Assembly: GCA_008690995.1 (NCBI GenBank)
Contig: VRMN01000005.1
Coordinates: 186,001-250,000 of the forward strand
Reading direction: 5' to 3'
DNA length: 64,000 nucleotides
From: Porphyridium purpureum
Lineage: Eukaryota
Every line of letters starts with the position of its first letter. Within the stretch, counting starts at the first letter, position 1. Made by a program: the position numbers and the translations under genes. The notes under the pieces were generated by a model, which was not told the DNA's origin, did no database searches, and was given only the letters and a program-made list of their open reading frames with translations. Shown piece after piece: positions 47,059 through 58,542 of the stretch.

Positions 47059-48231
47059 CTACATGGCGAGCTCTCCGAGCGTTTCCTTGGCGCCTTCATC
47101 AGCGCCCTGGAACATGGCTTCTGTGGGAGACGCAAACTCCGTTGATGCCTTGGATCGAAACGCGCGCAGCATACCCTTGCATTGATTAAAGCTCGTGCTG
47201 GCATAACCAGTCTTCTGGTACGCTGACTGCTCTGCGGCGAGAACCAAGGCTTCACCGACCAAGATGGCATTGTAACCCATGTCCCGAAGCAGCCATGCGT
47301 CGCCTGGATCCGATATCCCGCTTTCAGCCACGAGGATCTTGCCCTCAGGCATCAAGGAGCGCAGGCGCTCCGAGGTTTCAAGCGAGACGTTGAACGTGCG
47401 CAGGTCGCGGTTGTTCACGCCAATCAGCTCAGCACCAGCCTTGATGGCAATCTCGAGGTCTTTCTCATCATGCACTTCAACGAGCGCGTCCAGGCCGTAC
47501 GCGTGAGTGGCATCAAGCAGTTCTTTAGTACGCTCACCCAGTGCGGCCACGATCAGAAGCACTGCGGATGCACCGGCCTCGGCAGCTTCCGCGATCTGAA
47601 TCTCGTCAATCGTAAAGTCTTTCCGAATGACAGGACACGGCGGCGGGTAGTTTCCGCGTTCTTTCTCCATCTCCTTCACTACGGCGCGAAGGTCATCGAG
47701 TGTGCCGCCAAAGCCTGGACCATCAGTCAGAACCGAAATGCACGAGGCGCCGCCGTCATAGTAGGTGCGCGCCAGCGCAGCCGGATACTTGATTTCACCA
47801 ATCTTTCCCTTCGAAGGGCTCCTACGCTTTATCTCGGCAATGACTGACAGGGTCCCGGAGCGCTTGCTGAGCGCCTTGATGAAGGCCTTGGAGCGCGGGT
47901 AGTTTCCCTTGTTTTTCATTCTGAGCGCCACGGGGTGGTTCTCCATATCCGCCGCACACTCGGCACGCAGCGCTTTCACCTCCTCCACCTTCCGCTGCAG
48001 AATGCTGACCAGTACATCTGGAGTCGACTTGACAAACAACCCCGACTCGTCCATGTCCGCGGCAACGTCGCCTCCAGCCACGGACGCTGTCATGCGCAGC
48101 TCACCAGCAATCGCCGCTCTGCCGTTTCCCCGCGCGCCCACAGGGCCGCGACTGGCGCAAGCTGCCCTTCCGCGGGCAGCCGACGCCGACGCCGCGCTTG
48201 CCGGAGTGTGCGCGCTCAGTACAAACGCCAT
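47059..48231 (-). CDS. trpC: Indole-3-glycerol phosphate synthase, plastid-targeted
   Basis: VIAEIKRRSPSKG, ISVLTD, RKDF, LVEVH, IGVNNRDL, VAESGI, LVGEAL. Likely start MAFVLS at 48231 (red-algal-type transit peptide). Confidence 0.95.
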   Translation of the reverse strand: MAFVLSAHTPASAASASAARGRAACASRGPVGARGNGRAAIAGELRMTASVAGGDVAADMDESGLFVKSTPDVLVSILQRKVEEVKALRAECAADMENHPVALRMKNKGNYPRSKAFIKALSKRSGTLSVIAEIKRRSPSKGKIGEIKYPAALARTYYDGGASCISVLTDGPGFGGTLDDLRAVVKEMEKERGNYPPPCPVIRKDFTIDEIQIAEAAEAGASAVLLIVAALGERTKELLDATHAYGLDALVEVHDEKDLEIAIKAGAELIGVNNRDLRTFNVSLETSERLRSLMPEGKILVAESGISDPGDAWLLRDMGYNAILVGEALVLAAEQSAYQKTGYASTSFNQCKGMLRAFRSKASTEFASPTEAMFQGADEGAKETLGELAM

Positions 48232-48799
48232 GCCAATCCAACGCGCGTCGTGCCGCATGCGGCTCCACTCTCCCGAACCTTCACCACACGGCCGGCCTTC
48301 ATAAACACGCAGCGCGTGCAGGAGGTCCAGTGAGCTGGTCATCACCAAATTGCGAACTGTACGTTTCTCTACTCAAATCGCCTTGAACATGAGAGCTGCA
48401 AACAATCAGTGGATGCGTCCGCTTTTGCATGGCGGGTGCGTTGTGCCAGATGCTGGCTGCGTGGAAGTAGTCGGCTATGAGGGGCGTGTGAAGGCAGTGG
48501 CGGCGTCGTCACGTGTACGAGAATGGGCCGGCGCGCAACACGGAGCCGCGCGGCGTTCCCACTCATTCAAGCGGGCGCTTTTCTCCGCTGCGATTCCGTG
48601 TGCTGGGTGACGAAGCGGAGAATTGCTGACGTCGTTCACGGGTCGTCTCGCACTCGCCTCGGTCGCGGAGCAGACGGCATTGTGCCGCTCACAAGGGGGA
48701 GTTGTTCGGGTGTCTGGCTGATGGAATCACGCGGTGTGTCCGGATCTTGACTGTGCCTGAAGAGTGTGTCAAGTGCTGACAAAGATAGATTCTTGAATT

Positions 48800-49230
48800 G
48801 TAGATTAACCAGGGAGAGAAGTCGCCAAGCTCAGTCGTCGTCATAACCATCGCGAGCATGCAAAATTGTGGAGTAGGTGCCGTGCAAACTAGACTATTGC
48901 CCCGACGGAAGCTGATTGAAAGGACCCAAACATGTCTTGCAACACCTAGAAGTGTGCGCCGGAACGTGATAAAGCATGTCACCAAGTCGACTTGGTGCAA
49001 GTATTTGACGGTCATGCATCCCTCTACCTGACGCAGAAGTTTTCGGTCGCGAACCAGTGGAAAATGTGGCTGCTTGAAGCTAAACATCCGGACTGTTTCG
49101 ACGAGGACATTTCAAACGCGGGACGTCGTGTACAAATTCCATTTACGCAGGGCGTGCATCTATCCATACATCGCAAACCAGGCCTGCGAGCTCGGACTCG
49201 ACTGTGCGGCCAATAATCTTACATCTAGAA
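48800..49230 (+). mobile_element. Possible pogo/DDE_1 transposase relic
   Basis: VFDGHAS(L)YLT...LL...H...FDEDI resembles the LDGHxSH...LPxH...QPLDxxVF motif of DDE_1. Heavily degraded. Confidence 0.4.
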
Positions 49231-49235
49231 TTTCG

Positions 49236-52105
49236 GGGAGGTCGGATGAAAACGATAGAAAAACACAGCCGAGCGGAAACAGCGGTGCAGAGAAAGACGT
49301 GGACTCGGGTGCAGCAACGGCATCTTCCCTCGCGGCAGGGAGCGCCGGACTGATGCAGCGCATTCCGGAGCTTATCCGCTCGTCTCCAAGTGCAAACGCG
49401 CCGGTTGCAACCGGAACGAATGTGGCTTCTCGAAAGAGCCAACGATTCTCCTTGGGAATGGGGTTGCATCCACGATCAGGCAAGCATGCTGAAGCAGATG
49501 ATAGCGGAGACGCCAATGCGTCCTCGCTCGTGCGCGAAAGAACAGTTCGAACGTTGGCCAAATCAGTGCGCACAGTTTTTGGAGGATTTGCAGCCGAACC
49601 GGCGGCTGATCCTGGCAGCCCCCGTTCACCCAACCTGTGGCGCGGCCGTAAGGGTGTCAGCAACGAATTTGGAATTGGATGGGAGCTCACACCCGTTCCG
49701 GTGCGAGCCGCAGACAGGACAAGAACAGTCTCTCTGGAAAGGCAAGAGTTCGCAGCCTTGGGTATGAGCTCATCGCGGGAAGGCCCACGATCTGCGTCAC
49801 GTGCGCACTCGCTTTCCGGGCCTCGGGTCTATGCCGTAGTGCGCATAGCTCCTTCCAGTGTGTCCTGGAAAGCATCGTGGGACCGGCCTTTGAACATGGA
49901 GTCGGCGTCTTCTTCTCTGCAACCATTGTTTCGGTACGAAGGCCAGATGCAGGCTCCCCAAAAGATCGTCTTGGTGATGTGCACCGAAGGCGACGTGCCT
50001 CACTTTCGGCGGCGCGCTCTTCAGCGCACGCGGCAGATGGTTGTGAGCTCTCTGATTCCTTCACTCGTGGGTAGCTTGACGCCCGGTGTGGGCGCGATCC
50101 GCAAGCAGCAGTCATTCACTTTGCGGGTCGTCGAGACGCTGGGTGTGATGGACGGACGTGCTGCGAGCGAAGTGCAAGGAATAGCACGCGTTGGCTCGCT
50201 TCAGGTGTCTGTGGATCTCATGACACTTCTTTTGCTTCTGAGAATCCGTGAGCAACAGCGGCAACAGCAACAGCAACAGCAGGAGTGGAAGCAGGAAAAG
50301 GTACCAGGCAGGGCACACGATGCGGCTCCTCGAGGCTCGTCTGTACTGCGTCTGACATCGTCGTCTGTATTATTGGGAGCGGGCAGAGTATCATCGGATG
50401 ACGTAGCTGAATCTGTGGCGACGGGCCCGTCTGCAGTGGAGGTTCCTTCCAGTGTATGGGTGCACATAGGCAGCCGCGCGAAAAGTAATGGTGGTTCGCG
50501 TGATGAGGCGAACGCTCAATCAAAGCTACTGGTGAGACTATCGAGTCCCACAGGAGCACTCGGGATCAGCTTTGATGCGCTCACCATGCGTGGCTTGGGA
50601 AGGGGCGGAGATGAGGCAGACACGGCATGCATACATGGCTTGCGTGCGAAGCTCAAATGGGAGCAGCTCAAGCTGTCGTTGTCGCTCGGACTGGGCATTG
50701 CAGTCCGAGCAGAGGAGCGAAAGCTGCGCACAGGATCCACGCGACTTGAGCTTCTCGGGCGCTCATTCATGTCGACGCTGTCGCGCGCAGATGCGCACGT
50801 GCTTCGCGCGTCTGCCGGAATTTTGAAGTGCGTGGTTCGCAAGGCGCGCGCACGCAACGATAGCGGGGGCCTGGCCCGAAGCATAGTACTCAGAAACGAC
50901 CACCTGCGGCTCGAGCTGATGCCAAACACTTTCACCGCGAGTGCGAGGCTCTCATCGTTGCTTTCGAGATTGCAACGAGAGGTCAGCGAAGAGCTCGACA
51001 ACCACCAGGCGGCGGTGTACAAGAGGCGCACCGCACGTCATGCGTCGTCCTTTGTGGTGGACTCGACGAACAGCAGCCCGTCAGATGGAGAAGACAGGAC
51101 CATGGCCGCGACACCAGCAGCTCCCGAGCCCGTGTTTACTGGCACGTTTGAGCTGTGCTCGCAACGCGCGTGCCTGATATTTCACGGATTGACGTTCGAA
51201 GAGCCGCGACAGGTCGAGGCGCTTTTCCGTGAGCTGGATCTGACGCTGACGGACTGTGGGCACGGTGCGCCTGTGCTTCGTCGTCACAAGCTCCTGAATC
51301 TGTCGTTTTCGCGCTTGCAGGTAAGCAATATTCTGAGGTCTGGAGACCAGCGCCGGCCGATCATGATCCTGCCAAATCCGCATCTTTTGCTGAGTATGGT
51401 CGACCGCCTTGACGGCACGACGCTGGTCAGCTTTGAAAGCGAGTGGGCGTCTCCGTGGGAAATAAGCGGATTTCTCAGCCACTACAAGTTCATACAGGAG
51501 CTCATGGGCTTGTACTCTGGTGAAGAAAGCTCGTCGCAGGATCTCGTTCACAGTACGGAATCGCGTTTGCCAGGGGAGGCCGAACATGCCCATGCGTCGC
51601 TCGCGCGCGGGCCGTCCGGCCCGTCGCTGGGCAGACTCAGATCCGGCCTACGGTGGCGGGAGCAGCCAGGTGTCATAGAGGTCATCGCGAATCGTTCAGA
51701 ACTTCCATGGGGCGGACGCAACGTGGAATTCGGGACCGTGACGTTTGCGCCTCGTATTCGTCCATTAGGGGAGCTCAGCCCAGACTTTGACACCCTCTTG
51801 AGCTGGCTGGGCATTGAGCAGGGCCAGCTGCCCGAGTACACGTACAATCTACTGGTGTATCCGCTCAATGGCCTCGTGGAATTGGACGCAGAGTATCCCA
51901 TGGAGAAGACCTTGTCAAAATAGGAAGCACCGGGGTTTCTGCCGTGTTCGCGGAGGCGCCTCGCATTGCGAACAGGTTTGCACGCTGACAAGATGGCTTC
52001 CTGAGACCAAGAAAAGGTCCAGGATACAGATGGGCATGCAACGGCGTTGTCATACCCAGAGAAAAAGCAGATGATAGAGTCCGGTCGGATCGAGGCCTGT
52101 CGCCC
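49236..52105 (+). repeat. Direct segmental duplication (about 2.87 kb) of 15031-17900
   Basis: Identity begins at GGGAGGTCGGATGAAAAC in both copies (offset 34205) and continues through the stop codon and about 180 bp of 3' flank. Confidence 0.97.
49353..51923 (+). CDS. Truncated paralogue (856 aa) of the BLTP1-like C-terminus; may be an unexpressed pseudogene
   Basis: Frame fully open. 11 amino-acid differences from the parent. An ATA>ATG change at 49353 provides the first in-frame ATG. Confidence 0.5.
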   Translation: MQRIPELIRSSPSANAPVATGTNVASRKSQRFSLGMGLHPRSGKHAEADDSGDANASSLVRERTVRTLAKSVRTVFGGFAAEPAADPGSPRSPNLWRGRKGVSNEFGIGWELTPVPVRAADRTRTVSLERQEFAALGMSSSREGPRSASRAHSLSGPRVYAVVRIAPSSVSWKASWDRPLNMESASSSLQPLFRYEGQMQAPQKIVLVMCTEGDVPHFRRRALQRTRQMVVSSLIPSLVGSLTPGVGAIRKQQSFTLRVVETLGVMDGRAASEVQGIARVGSLQVSVDLMTLLLLLRIREQQRQQQQQQQEWKQEKVPGRAHDAAPRGSSVLRLTSSSVLLGAGRVSSDDVAESVATGPSAVEVPSSVWVHIGSRAKSNGGSRDEANAQSKLLVRLSSPTGALGISFDALTMRGLGRGGDEADTACIHGLRAKLKWEQLKLSLSLGLGIAVRAEERKLRTGSTRLELLGRSFMSTLSRADAHVLRASAGILKCVVRKARARNDSGGLARSIVLRNDHLRLELMPNTFTASARLSSLLSRLQREVSEELDNHQAAVYKRRTARHASSFVVDSTNSSPSDGEDRTMAATPAAPEPVFTGTFELCSQRACLIFHGLTFEEPRQVEALFRELDLTLTDCGHGAPVLRRHKLLNLSFSRLQVSNILRSGDQRRPIMILPNPHLLLSMVDRLDGTTLVSFESEWASPWEISGFLSHYKFIQELMGLYSGEESSSQDLVHSTESRLPGEAEHAHASLARGPSGPSLGRLRSGLRWREQPGVIEVIANRSELPWGGRNVEFGTVTFAPRIRPLGELSPDFDTLLSWLGIEQGQLPEYTYNLLVYPLNGLVELDAEYPMEKTLSK

Positions 52106-52149
52106 CAACTCATGAAGTGCTCATGCCGCGCACACATGGAAGTGTAAAG

Positions 52150-53600
52150 ATTTCCCGGGGAGAGGTTACCCCCTCCAACTTTTTTGGAATACTGTACTCT
52201 CACTGTACCTCCTCAAACCTGATGGAGCCGAGCGAAGTCTTTCCAATGCTGTTTGCTACTTTGATATTACTGGCCTTTTATTCGTTGTCTTTGAAGAGCT
52301 GGGCGATCACGCTGTCGCCCTATCCTTCTGCTCCAATCTCCAAGAAAGCTTATGAAAGAGCAAGTATCTACCCATCTCAAATTTTTACCTTTGCTCTGCT
52401 TTTCAACATTTTTCCTTCATCTTCGATCTAGAGCGGCTGATGGTCCCCAGGTTTTAGTACCACGAGCACTGAAGATTAGTCAAACCTTCAGCTTTCACAC
52501 AGGCCTTCGTAGAGGCGCAGTCAACCCTCGAGCTTGTCTTGCTTGCGAACTGGGCAGGTTTTGAACTTTGTCTTTTCGCTTGACGCCATAATTTCGCCGA
52601 CTGGTACGTTACAGCCCGATTAGCTTTGGGAGCGATACGCTCTGACAACTTGTCACAACTGTGCATATACAATAAAAGCAGTTAAAATGAAAGAAATGAT
52701 TGATGACAGTAAGTAAATAGCGTCGGTTTTTCCCGTCTTCAGAGAATTGAATGACTGTCAAGGAAGTTTGAAGCCAAGCTGCGCCGGAAGAGTACAGAGC
52801 ACTCAACGTCCGCGACTTCAATCGATAAAGTTGCTCAGTAGTGATTCAAGTCTAATATGCACCCTGCGCGGGCATGGGAACAAAGGTCTCAATGGTTTCA
52901 CTAGTTCATATATAAAACCTTTCCTACAGGTATGACTTCCAGTATATAATTTTCCAAACCAGAAAGAAACTACCTGTGAAATGCCTCGGCTCATGTTAAA
53001 GCATCGTCTGATCAATTCTTTTTGAACTGTCCCTCGTTTGCTGCACTCAAAAAGTGGAATTTGCCAGAGCCCTCTCCTACGTATTTGAAAGCTGGCGTGC
53101 TGCTAAACCTTACTTTCGACATACTTTCGACATACTTTCGACATACTTTTAACATTGCAATTCCCATAATTCCTCCTTAAACGTTGCTCTTTGGATATGT
53201 TCATCTATATTTAAAGTCTTTCTTCGTCGTTCCTGTGTCTGTTGACGGTAGAGTCGCCCCGGAATCTCACTCAGACCTAGCACCCGCTTACTTCTCGTCA
53301 GTGTGTTCGAGGGGTATAAATTTAGATGAGTCAGGGAGCAGTCGTGAATCGACGAACAATCATGACAATTCTGGTAAGACTCTTCAAGTCTTTAAAACCC
53401 CCGTGAAGAAGCAGGTGGGACGGTCGAGCGTGATGTTTCTTCACAGATATCTATGAAGGACCTTCCTCCGGTGAGTCTTCTACTTAACAGAAATAGGAGA
53501 AGATCAAATTGCATAGCTCTCAGATTCCAACGGTAGAAGGCAGGAAAGGCGAAACAGAGCCAGTGAGATATTAGCAGTATGGATGAAGAGGGCAACCGAA
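52150..53600 (-). mobile_element. Degenerate rve-integrase element relic (Ginger/KRBA2-like)
   Basis: SHTCRKGFIYELVK...PRRVHI (Zn-binding-like), WLQTSLTVIQFSEDGKNRRYLLTVINHF (first Asp region) and RWVD. Weak inverted similarity between 52154-52195 and 53560-53597. Confidence 0.5.
53110..53149. repeat. Tandem 11-mer (TACTTTCGACA) x3+
   Basis: Read directly from the sequence. Confidence 0.9.
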
Positions 53601-54514
53601 AGGGGGTGCGACAAGGGATATTTTCAGGTTCTCAGATCCACCGATCCATGAGGTCGTTTTCCTGATAGGGTTAAATCGCGTGCATCTCTTGGCTTCGAGG
53701 CGGGAGTGGTTAGTGATAGTTAGCTCCTACGAACATGCGTCGACTGACGCGAGGATTCTCAAACAAAATGAATGTGGAACGAAGTTAAAATGCGTGATTC
53801 TCTCGCATTGAATATTCTAATTGAAGAGGCTGTTAATCATGGCAAGAATCTACAATTTTGCATTTGCCTTGGAGCTGCAGGTTGGCAAGAGATCGTAATG
53901 CGAACTGAACTCTGCAAGCAGCCCCTTTCTTTCAATAGCACCTGCGCCCTGTGCAGTTCGTAGAGCAGGTGGGTTGTTAACAACACTTGAATACCTTCTT
54001 CTGAAACCTTATTTAGCTACCAGAGCTTCTGATTGACGTCGATCTGAAGCTGCTTCGACATGCTCGAAACACCATCTTCACAAATACCGTTTTTCTTCGC
54101 CTCTACAATGGTTGTGCCCGCCTCTTGCGCTGATGTCCCGCCGCCCTTTACTTTATCTCAGCGTGCTACACCTCTATGATGGCTGTTTCACTTCAAAACC
54201 TTCAAGCCTTGAGTTCTAAACTTTTGGGCGCATATTGCACATGCGTTGTAAGAATGCCATTGTATGTATGAAAAGTCTGAAACGGATGAAAGACATTCCA
54301 TCTTTTCAGAAACGTAGAGCGGTAGACATGCAATCCACTCTTTGCCACGAAACATGTCGAGGCTTGGTTCGTTTGAATAGCGCGTGCGAGATTTAAAAGG
54401 TCGAAACGGTTGCCGAACAGTGCATGGAAGCGTTCAATTTTAGACTCCGACGATTCAGAGGAAGCGAAGAAATGCGTACGCATCCTCGATCGTACAGAGC
54501 ATCATTTTGACGCC

Positions 54515-55520
54515 ATGAGGCGTAGTATTGCCTTTTGAATGGGGACAGAATACGGACTCAGTGCTTTTGTGAGTTGGGCAGCTGCATGAGAGACATTACT
54601 GCCTTAACGAGGGGTATTATGAACGTCACTCTGTGCCATTTGTCTACTGCGATATAAAACGGTGAACATTTGGCGATTTGAATGATTCGCAGCTCTTGAA
54701 GGCAGTCCAAACGAAGATTTCTAGCACCACCAAGCTTTGGAACACACATACAGCGTGTCAAGTCAACGCGGCACTGCGTGCTCACGGCGCAACAGCTGTC
54801 CAAAGCTTGACAACAGGTCAGGAAAAGAAAGACCCTGATGCACAAATACACCAAGATTCACTTTTGTCTTTAATGATATTGAAAGGGTTGAAAAATTGTT
54901 ATCGTTCCACACCTTTCATGGGCAAGGAAACCTCAGTTGGAACTAACCAATTGCGGCCCAGCTGTAATTACTAAGAGAAAAATATTTAGCCTGGATGACC
55001 CAGATCTTTTGCACTAGATGTGACTCGAGCGCGCAGGGGACGACCTGGCAGGCGGCAGATGGAAGCTTTAGGGCGTCCTTTCTGGGAATGGAAGGATACA
55101 CGTTTACGTTATGATCGGCATCGACGGGGCCGCGAAATATGCTTGTTTGCTTCCTGACCACAGTGTGCAGGACCGCTGTGGTCAAGTAACGCCATAGAAT
55201 ATGTATTTTGAGCCGGACACCGTACCAGTGCAAATTAGCTAAAGAATTTCTTGTCTGGTGAGAATGTGGAGCTTTTAGACTGCGTAGCCCACTCGCCTGA
55301 CTTTTGCCATATAATTGACTTGTGCATGATGCCAGCGTGCAAGGTGTATAATGGGGTACGGCAGTACCAGACTGCGCTGGCGCTCAACATTGCCTTCACA
55401 CTGGATTGGGAGACTGTGGACCAGCTCTTTGTTGGACAAGTTGTTCGCGTTGCCGCCAAATCGCATGCTACACTTTGGGTACCTTGGAGGGCGCACACGT
55501 GCAAGGAAACAGCGGCCGAT
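54515..55520 (+). mobile_element. Near full-length degenerate Tc3-like transposase
   Basis: N-terminal MRRSIA.../LGSCMRDITALTR (HTH-like) and C-terminal NVELLDCVAHSPDFCHIIDLC...KVYNGVRQYQT...LDWETVD. Similar at DNA level to 35900-36160. Confidence 0.65.
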
Positions 55521-55804
55521 TCCGATTCTCTATCGCTGAATCATAGCCAGCAAATTGCGGCGGCCCTACGTGTTTGGGTCGCACTATGTATGCCCTCAAC
55601 TGCTTGCGAACCGTGGAACAATTCGCAACCGACGTTTGTGCCACTTGCCTACTACTGAAACATGTATTTGTAAAACAGTGTTGTTTTATTGTATAACCCT
55701 GTCCTATGTCTGTGGTTTTGTAAGTGACTGATTTCTGCCGGCCAGTTCAAGTTCAAACACCGTGCATCCTCTAGTGGACACCGATCTGCACCAGCAGCCC
55801 AATC

Positions 55805-56797
55805 ATGATCGCAGCGATGGTGCGGAAGGGCATGCTCTGGAGCATACTCGCGGTCCTGTTGATCCACGCCTTGGGAGCTCCGCAGCTGCACGCGCTGCCG
55901 TGCCCGGAAACATATGTTGCTGGGGCGATGAAGTGCGCAACGTCGTCGTTGTACGTGCACTTGCAGAAACAACTGGTCATTCCGCGCGTGTCGTGGAAGA
56001 AGGAGCTTGCCATCTTCGGCAGGGAAAACGCGGATACATTTTTGCGCAAAATGAAGGGTTGGGCTCCGTCGTTGGATGCAACGCCTTACCTGGCAAGCTC
56101 AGCCGCACCCATGCGGATCAAGACGCTTTGCAACTTTACTAACGGGCCGCCCAAGTTTGTGATATCTCTATGCGACCCAGCAGAGAGAGCGTGGTCGCAT
56201 TTCCGTCACGAAGAATGGCTCTGGCGAAGGGATTCCGCAAAAGGTAAGGCCTCCGTCAATACGGCACGGAAAGGCAGCGTCCGACACGCAGGCAATGCAA
56301 CGACGCCATCCGTAACATCACGAGAGGAGGCGAATTCCATGTTGGTTGAATCGTATGTAACCTGCATCGAGACCTTCGTGCCAAAGCTCAAAAAGTGCTT
56401 TACGGCCCCGAACGGCACAATTGGGCACAACGACTGCTTCGGGCAGATGAAGCGCGAAGCAGCCGAGCGCGGTTTGGAAGACGGGTGTCTCGTTCCTTTG
56501 GCGGGCTCCGTATACAAGCCCATGCTTGATCGCTGGCTGACTTATTTTCCGCGCGAAGACTTTCTCATCCTGTATAAGGACGAATGGCTGAGGCACTTGG
56601 ACTTGACAATCGACAAAATCAGTTTGCATTTCGGGATGCGCAGACAACCGAATGCGAAGAAACCGACCAACCACATCACGGCAAATCGTCACGGTGACCT
56701 CTCTGAACTAGAGCTACCGCAACATGTGCAAGATCAGGTCAAGAGCTTTTTCGAGGAGCTGCGAGGGTGGGAGGAGTACATAGACAGACTTCCTTGA
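55805..56797 (+). CDS. PAPS-dependent sulfotransferase (heparan-sulfate 3-OST/NDST-like fold) with signal peptide or anchor
   Basis: 5'-PSB loop YVAGAMKCATSSLY, 3'-PB motif ISLCDPAERAWSHF, YKPMLDRWLTYFPREDFLIL, hydrophobic N-terminus. Confidence 0.88.
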   Translation: MIAAMVRKGMLWSILAVLLIHALGAPQLHALPCPETYVAGAMKCATSSLYVHLQKQLVIPRVSWKKELAIFGRENADTFLRKMKGWAPSLDATPYLASSAAPMRIKTLCNFTNGPPKFVISLCDPAERAWSHFRHEEWLWRRDSAKGKASVNTARKGSVRHAGNATTPSVTSREEANSMLVESYVTCIETFVPKLKKCFTAPNGTIGHNDCFGQMKREAAERGLEDGCLVPLAGSVYKPMLDRWLTYFPREDFLILYKDEWLRHLDLTIDKISLHFGMRRQPNAKKPTNHITANRHGDLSELELPQHVQDQVKSFFEELRGWEEYIDRLP

Positions 56798-56869
56798 CAC
56801 AAGTTTTGTTCGTTCCGGACGTGAGACCACATTAGAAGCAAATTCTAGAGTCAAGCGCTCAGCAGCCCA

Positions 56870-57230
56870 TTGAGCCTCCACAATTACTTCATCATGAAAA
56901 CGACTCGTTCTGAATGTCCATAGTTGATTCCTTGATATTGGTGTAATCTAGGCGCGGAATGCACATCGCGACCTTTCTTCGAGGGCAGAGTTACCGTTCT
57001 GCGCTTGCTTGAACGATGCTCGATCCTCCAGAGACTCAGTCCAACAAAGTCCTCTCGCATTGAGAAATATGCTATGTTCTTGGTGGCTCTAGCGCTCAAA
57101 CTAACCACCGGTAACGCCAGCACAGCTTTGTTTGTTGACTCGGCGTTTTGAAGTGCCGTGGGTTTGCAGGCGAACTACGCAACATGTCAAGCAGCCGACC
57201 TCGCGATTGACAAGAGCTTCTGGCATTTCA
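56870..57230 (-). mobile_element. Possible Tc3-like relic (N-terminal part)
   Basis: LSARATKNI, SAPRL, ERVVF(x)DE...RLNG traces on the minus strand; weak. Confidence 0.35.
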
Positions 57231-57728
57231 AGGAAACTGCAGTTCTATGTGGTAACCACTGCAGGCAATAAAGTATGGAAGCTAACGTAGCATGTGAAGC
57301 GGCGCATTTCGATACGGCGTGGACGCGCAAATATGCCGCTTGTGGAATCCATCGCTACCCAGAATTGATCGGGAACGGAAGTCGAAACTATGGCCAATGC
57401 CGCATCCTAGACTGGTAAGCTGAACAGTAGACCCCCTACTCTGATGCGGCGACCGCAACACGCTGCGCACCCCTCACGTAGACTCGGCTTTGGTCAGCTC
57501 AAGGGGCGCACACTTTTCTACTCACGCGTAGGTCCTTTCGGTTCAACAAACTTGCGGCGTCGCCACCAGCATTCAGTAAAAGCGGCAGAAGAGCAAGTGT
57601 ATCCCGACGCCCGTTAGGTCTGGGCGCAGAAGAGTTTATAGGCCTTCTCTCAAAAAGTAAGACAGCTTTCGGCACCGCCCTCGATCTCGCCAACTTGGTC
57701 TTGGCTCAGAGGCTGATCCCAAGTGGAT

Positions 57729-58382
57729 ATGAATCAAGCTGGTTTTGGATTTTCAAAGATATTTGGATCGACAAGATTCAGGGAAGCGGGAGCCGGTTTC
57801 GGGGGGGGGGTAGGGGCAGTCGTCGCGATGAGTTCGAGCAGCGCACAGCCGGAGGTGTCTCGCACATTCTCTACGCTTTCACTGACGGAGCGCAAGATCA
57901 TGGTGACGGTGGATGGCAGCCAGCACTCGGATTATGCGCTCGAGTGGGTGTTTGACAACGTGTACAGGCCGACGGACAAACTGCTCCTCGTGCACGCGTC
58001 CGCGCCTCCGGCCATCCCTGAGGTCGGATTTGGTGCGGTGCCAGAGCATTTGTATTCCGAGATGATCGAGCGGAATCGCCAGCAAACGCGTCACCTTCTC
58101 AAACGCTACGAGAAAATGACCAAGAGAATCATGCACGACCGTCTCCACGGCAAGATTTCCATCATTCACGAGCAGGGCCACCCGAAAGAAGTTATCGTCC
58201 GCATCGCCAACCAAGAGAAGGCCGATATCGTGGTGGTAGCGTCGCGAGGCTTGGGCGCTATTCAGTACGCGGTCTTGGGCTCCACGAGCCAGTTTCTCGT
58301 GAACCACCTTAAAATGCCAGTCATCGTCGTGCACAAGCCTCCCGCGTTGGCTTCTGTACCGGCGTCCCGTGGTCAGGCATAG
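57729..58382 (+). CDS. Universal stress protein (UspA domain)
   Basis: RKIMVTVDGSQHSDYALEW, GHPKEVI, VVVASRGLGAIQYAVLGSTSQFLV, PVIVVH. Start is ATG 57729 or 57828. Confidence 0.93.
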   Translation: MNQAGFGFSKIFGSTRFREAGAGFGGGVGAVVAMSSSSAQPEVSRTFSTLSLTERKIMVTVDGSQHSDYALEWVFDNVYRPTDKLLLVHASAPPAIPEVGFGAVPEHLYSEMIERNRQQTRHLLKRYEKMTKRIMHDRLHGKISIIHEQGHPKEVIVRIANQEKADIVVVASRGLGAIQYAVLGSTSQFLVNHLKMPVIVVHKPPALASVPASRGQA

Positions 58383-58542
58383 CAAAGTACGCGGGTCAGG
58401 CGGGTTGGAGAACATCTTGCGCAAAGAGCCCGGCTGTGTGGCGTTGCAGACGAAAAGGAGATTTGTGGGTCTCGAATCCGCTTGACGTGAAATGTGTAAA
58501 AGGAACAGAATAGCGGATTTCATTGTATGATTTAACTTCTGC

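Noticed and set aside
49074..49352. 949-aa version of the duplicated ORF
   Set aside because: It starts at TTG in TE-like sequence; a eukaryotic start at ATG 49353 is more defensible.
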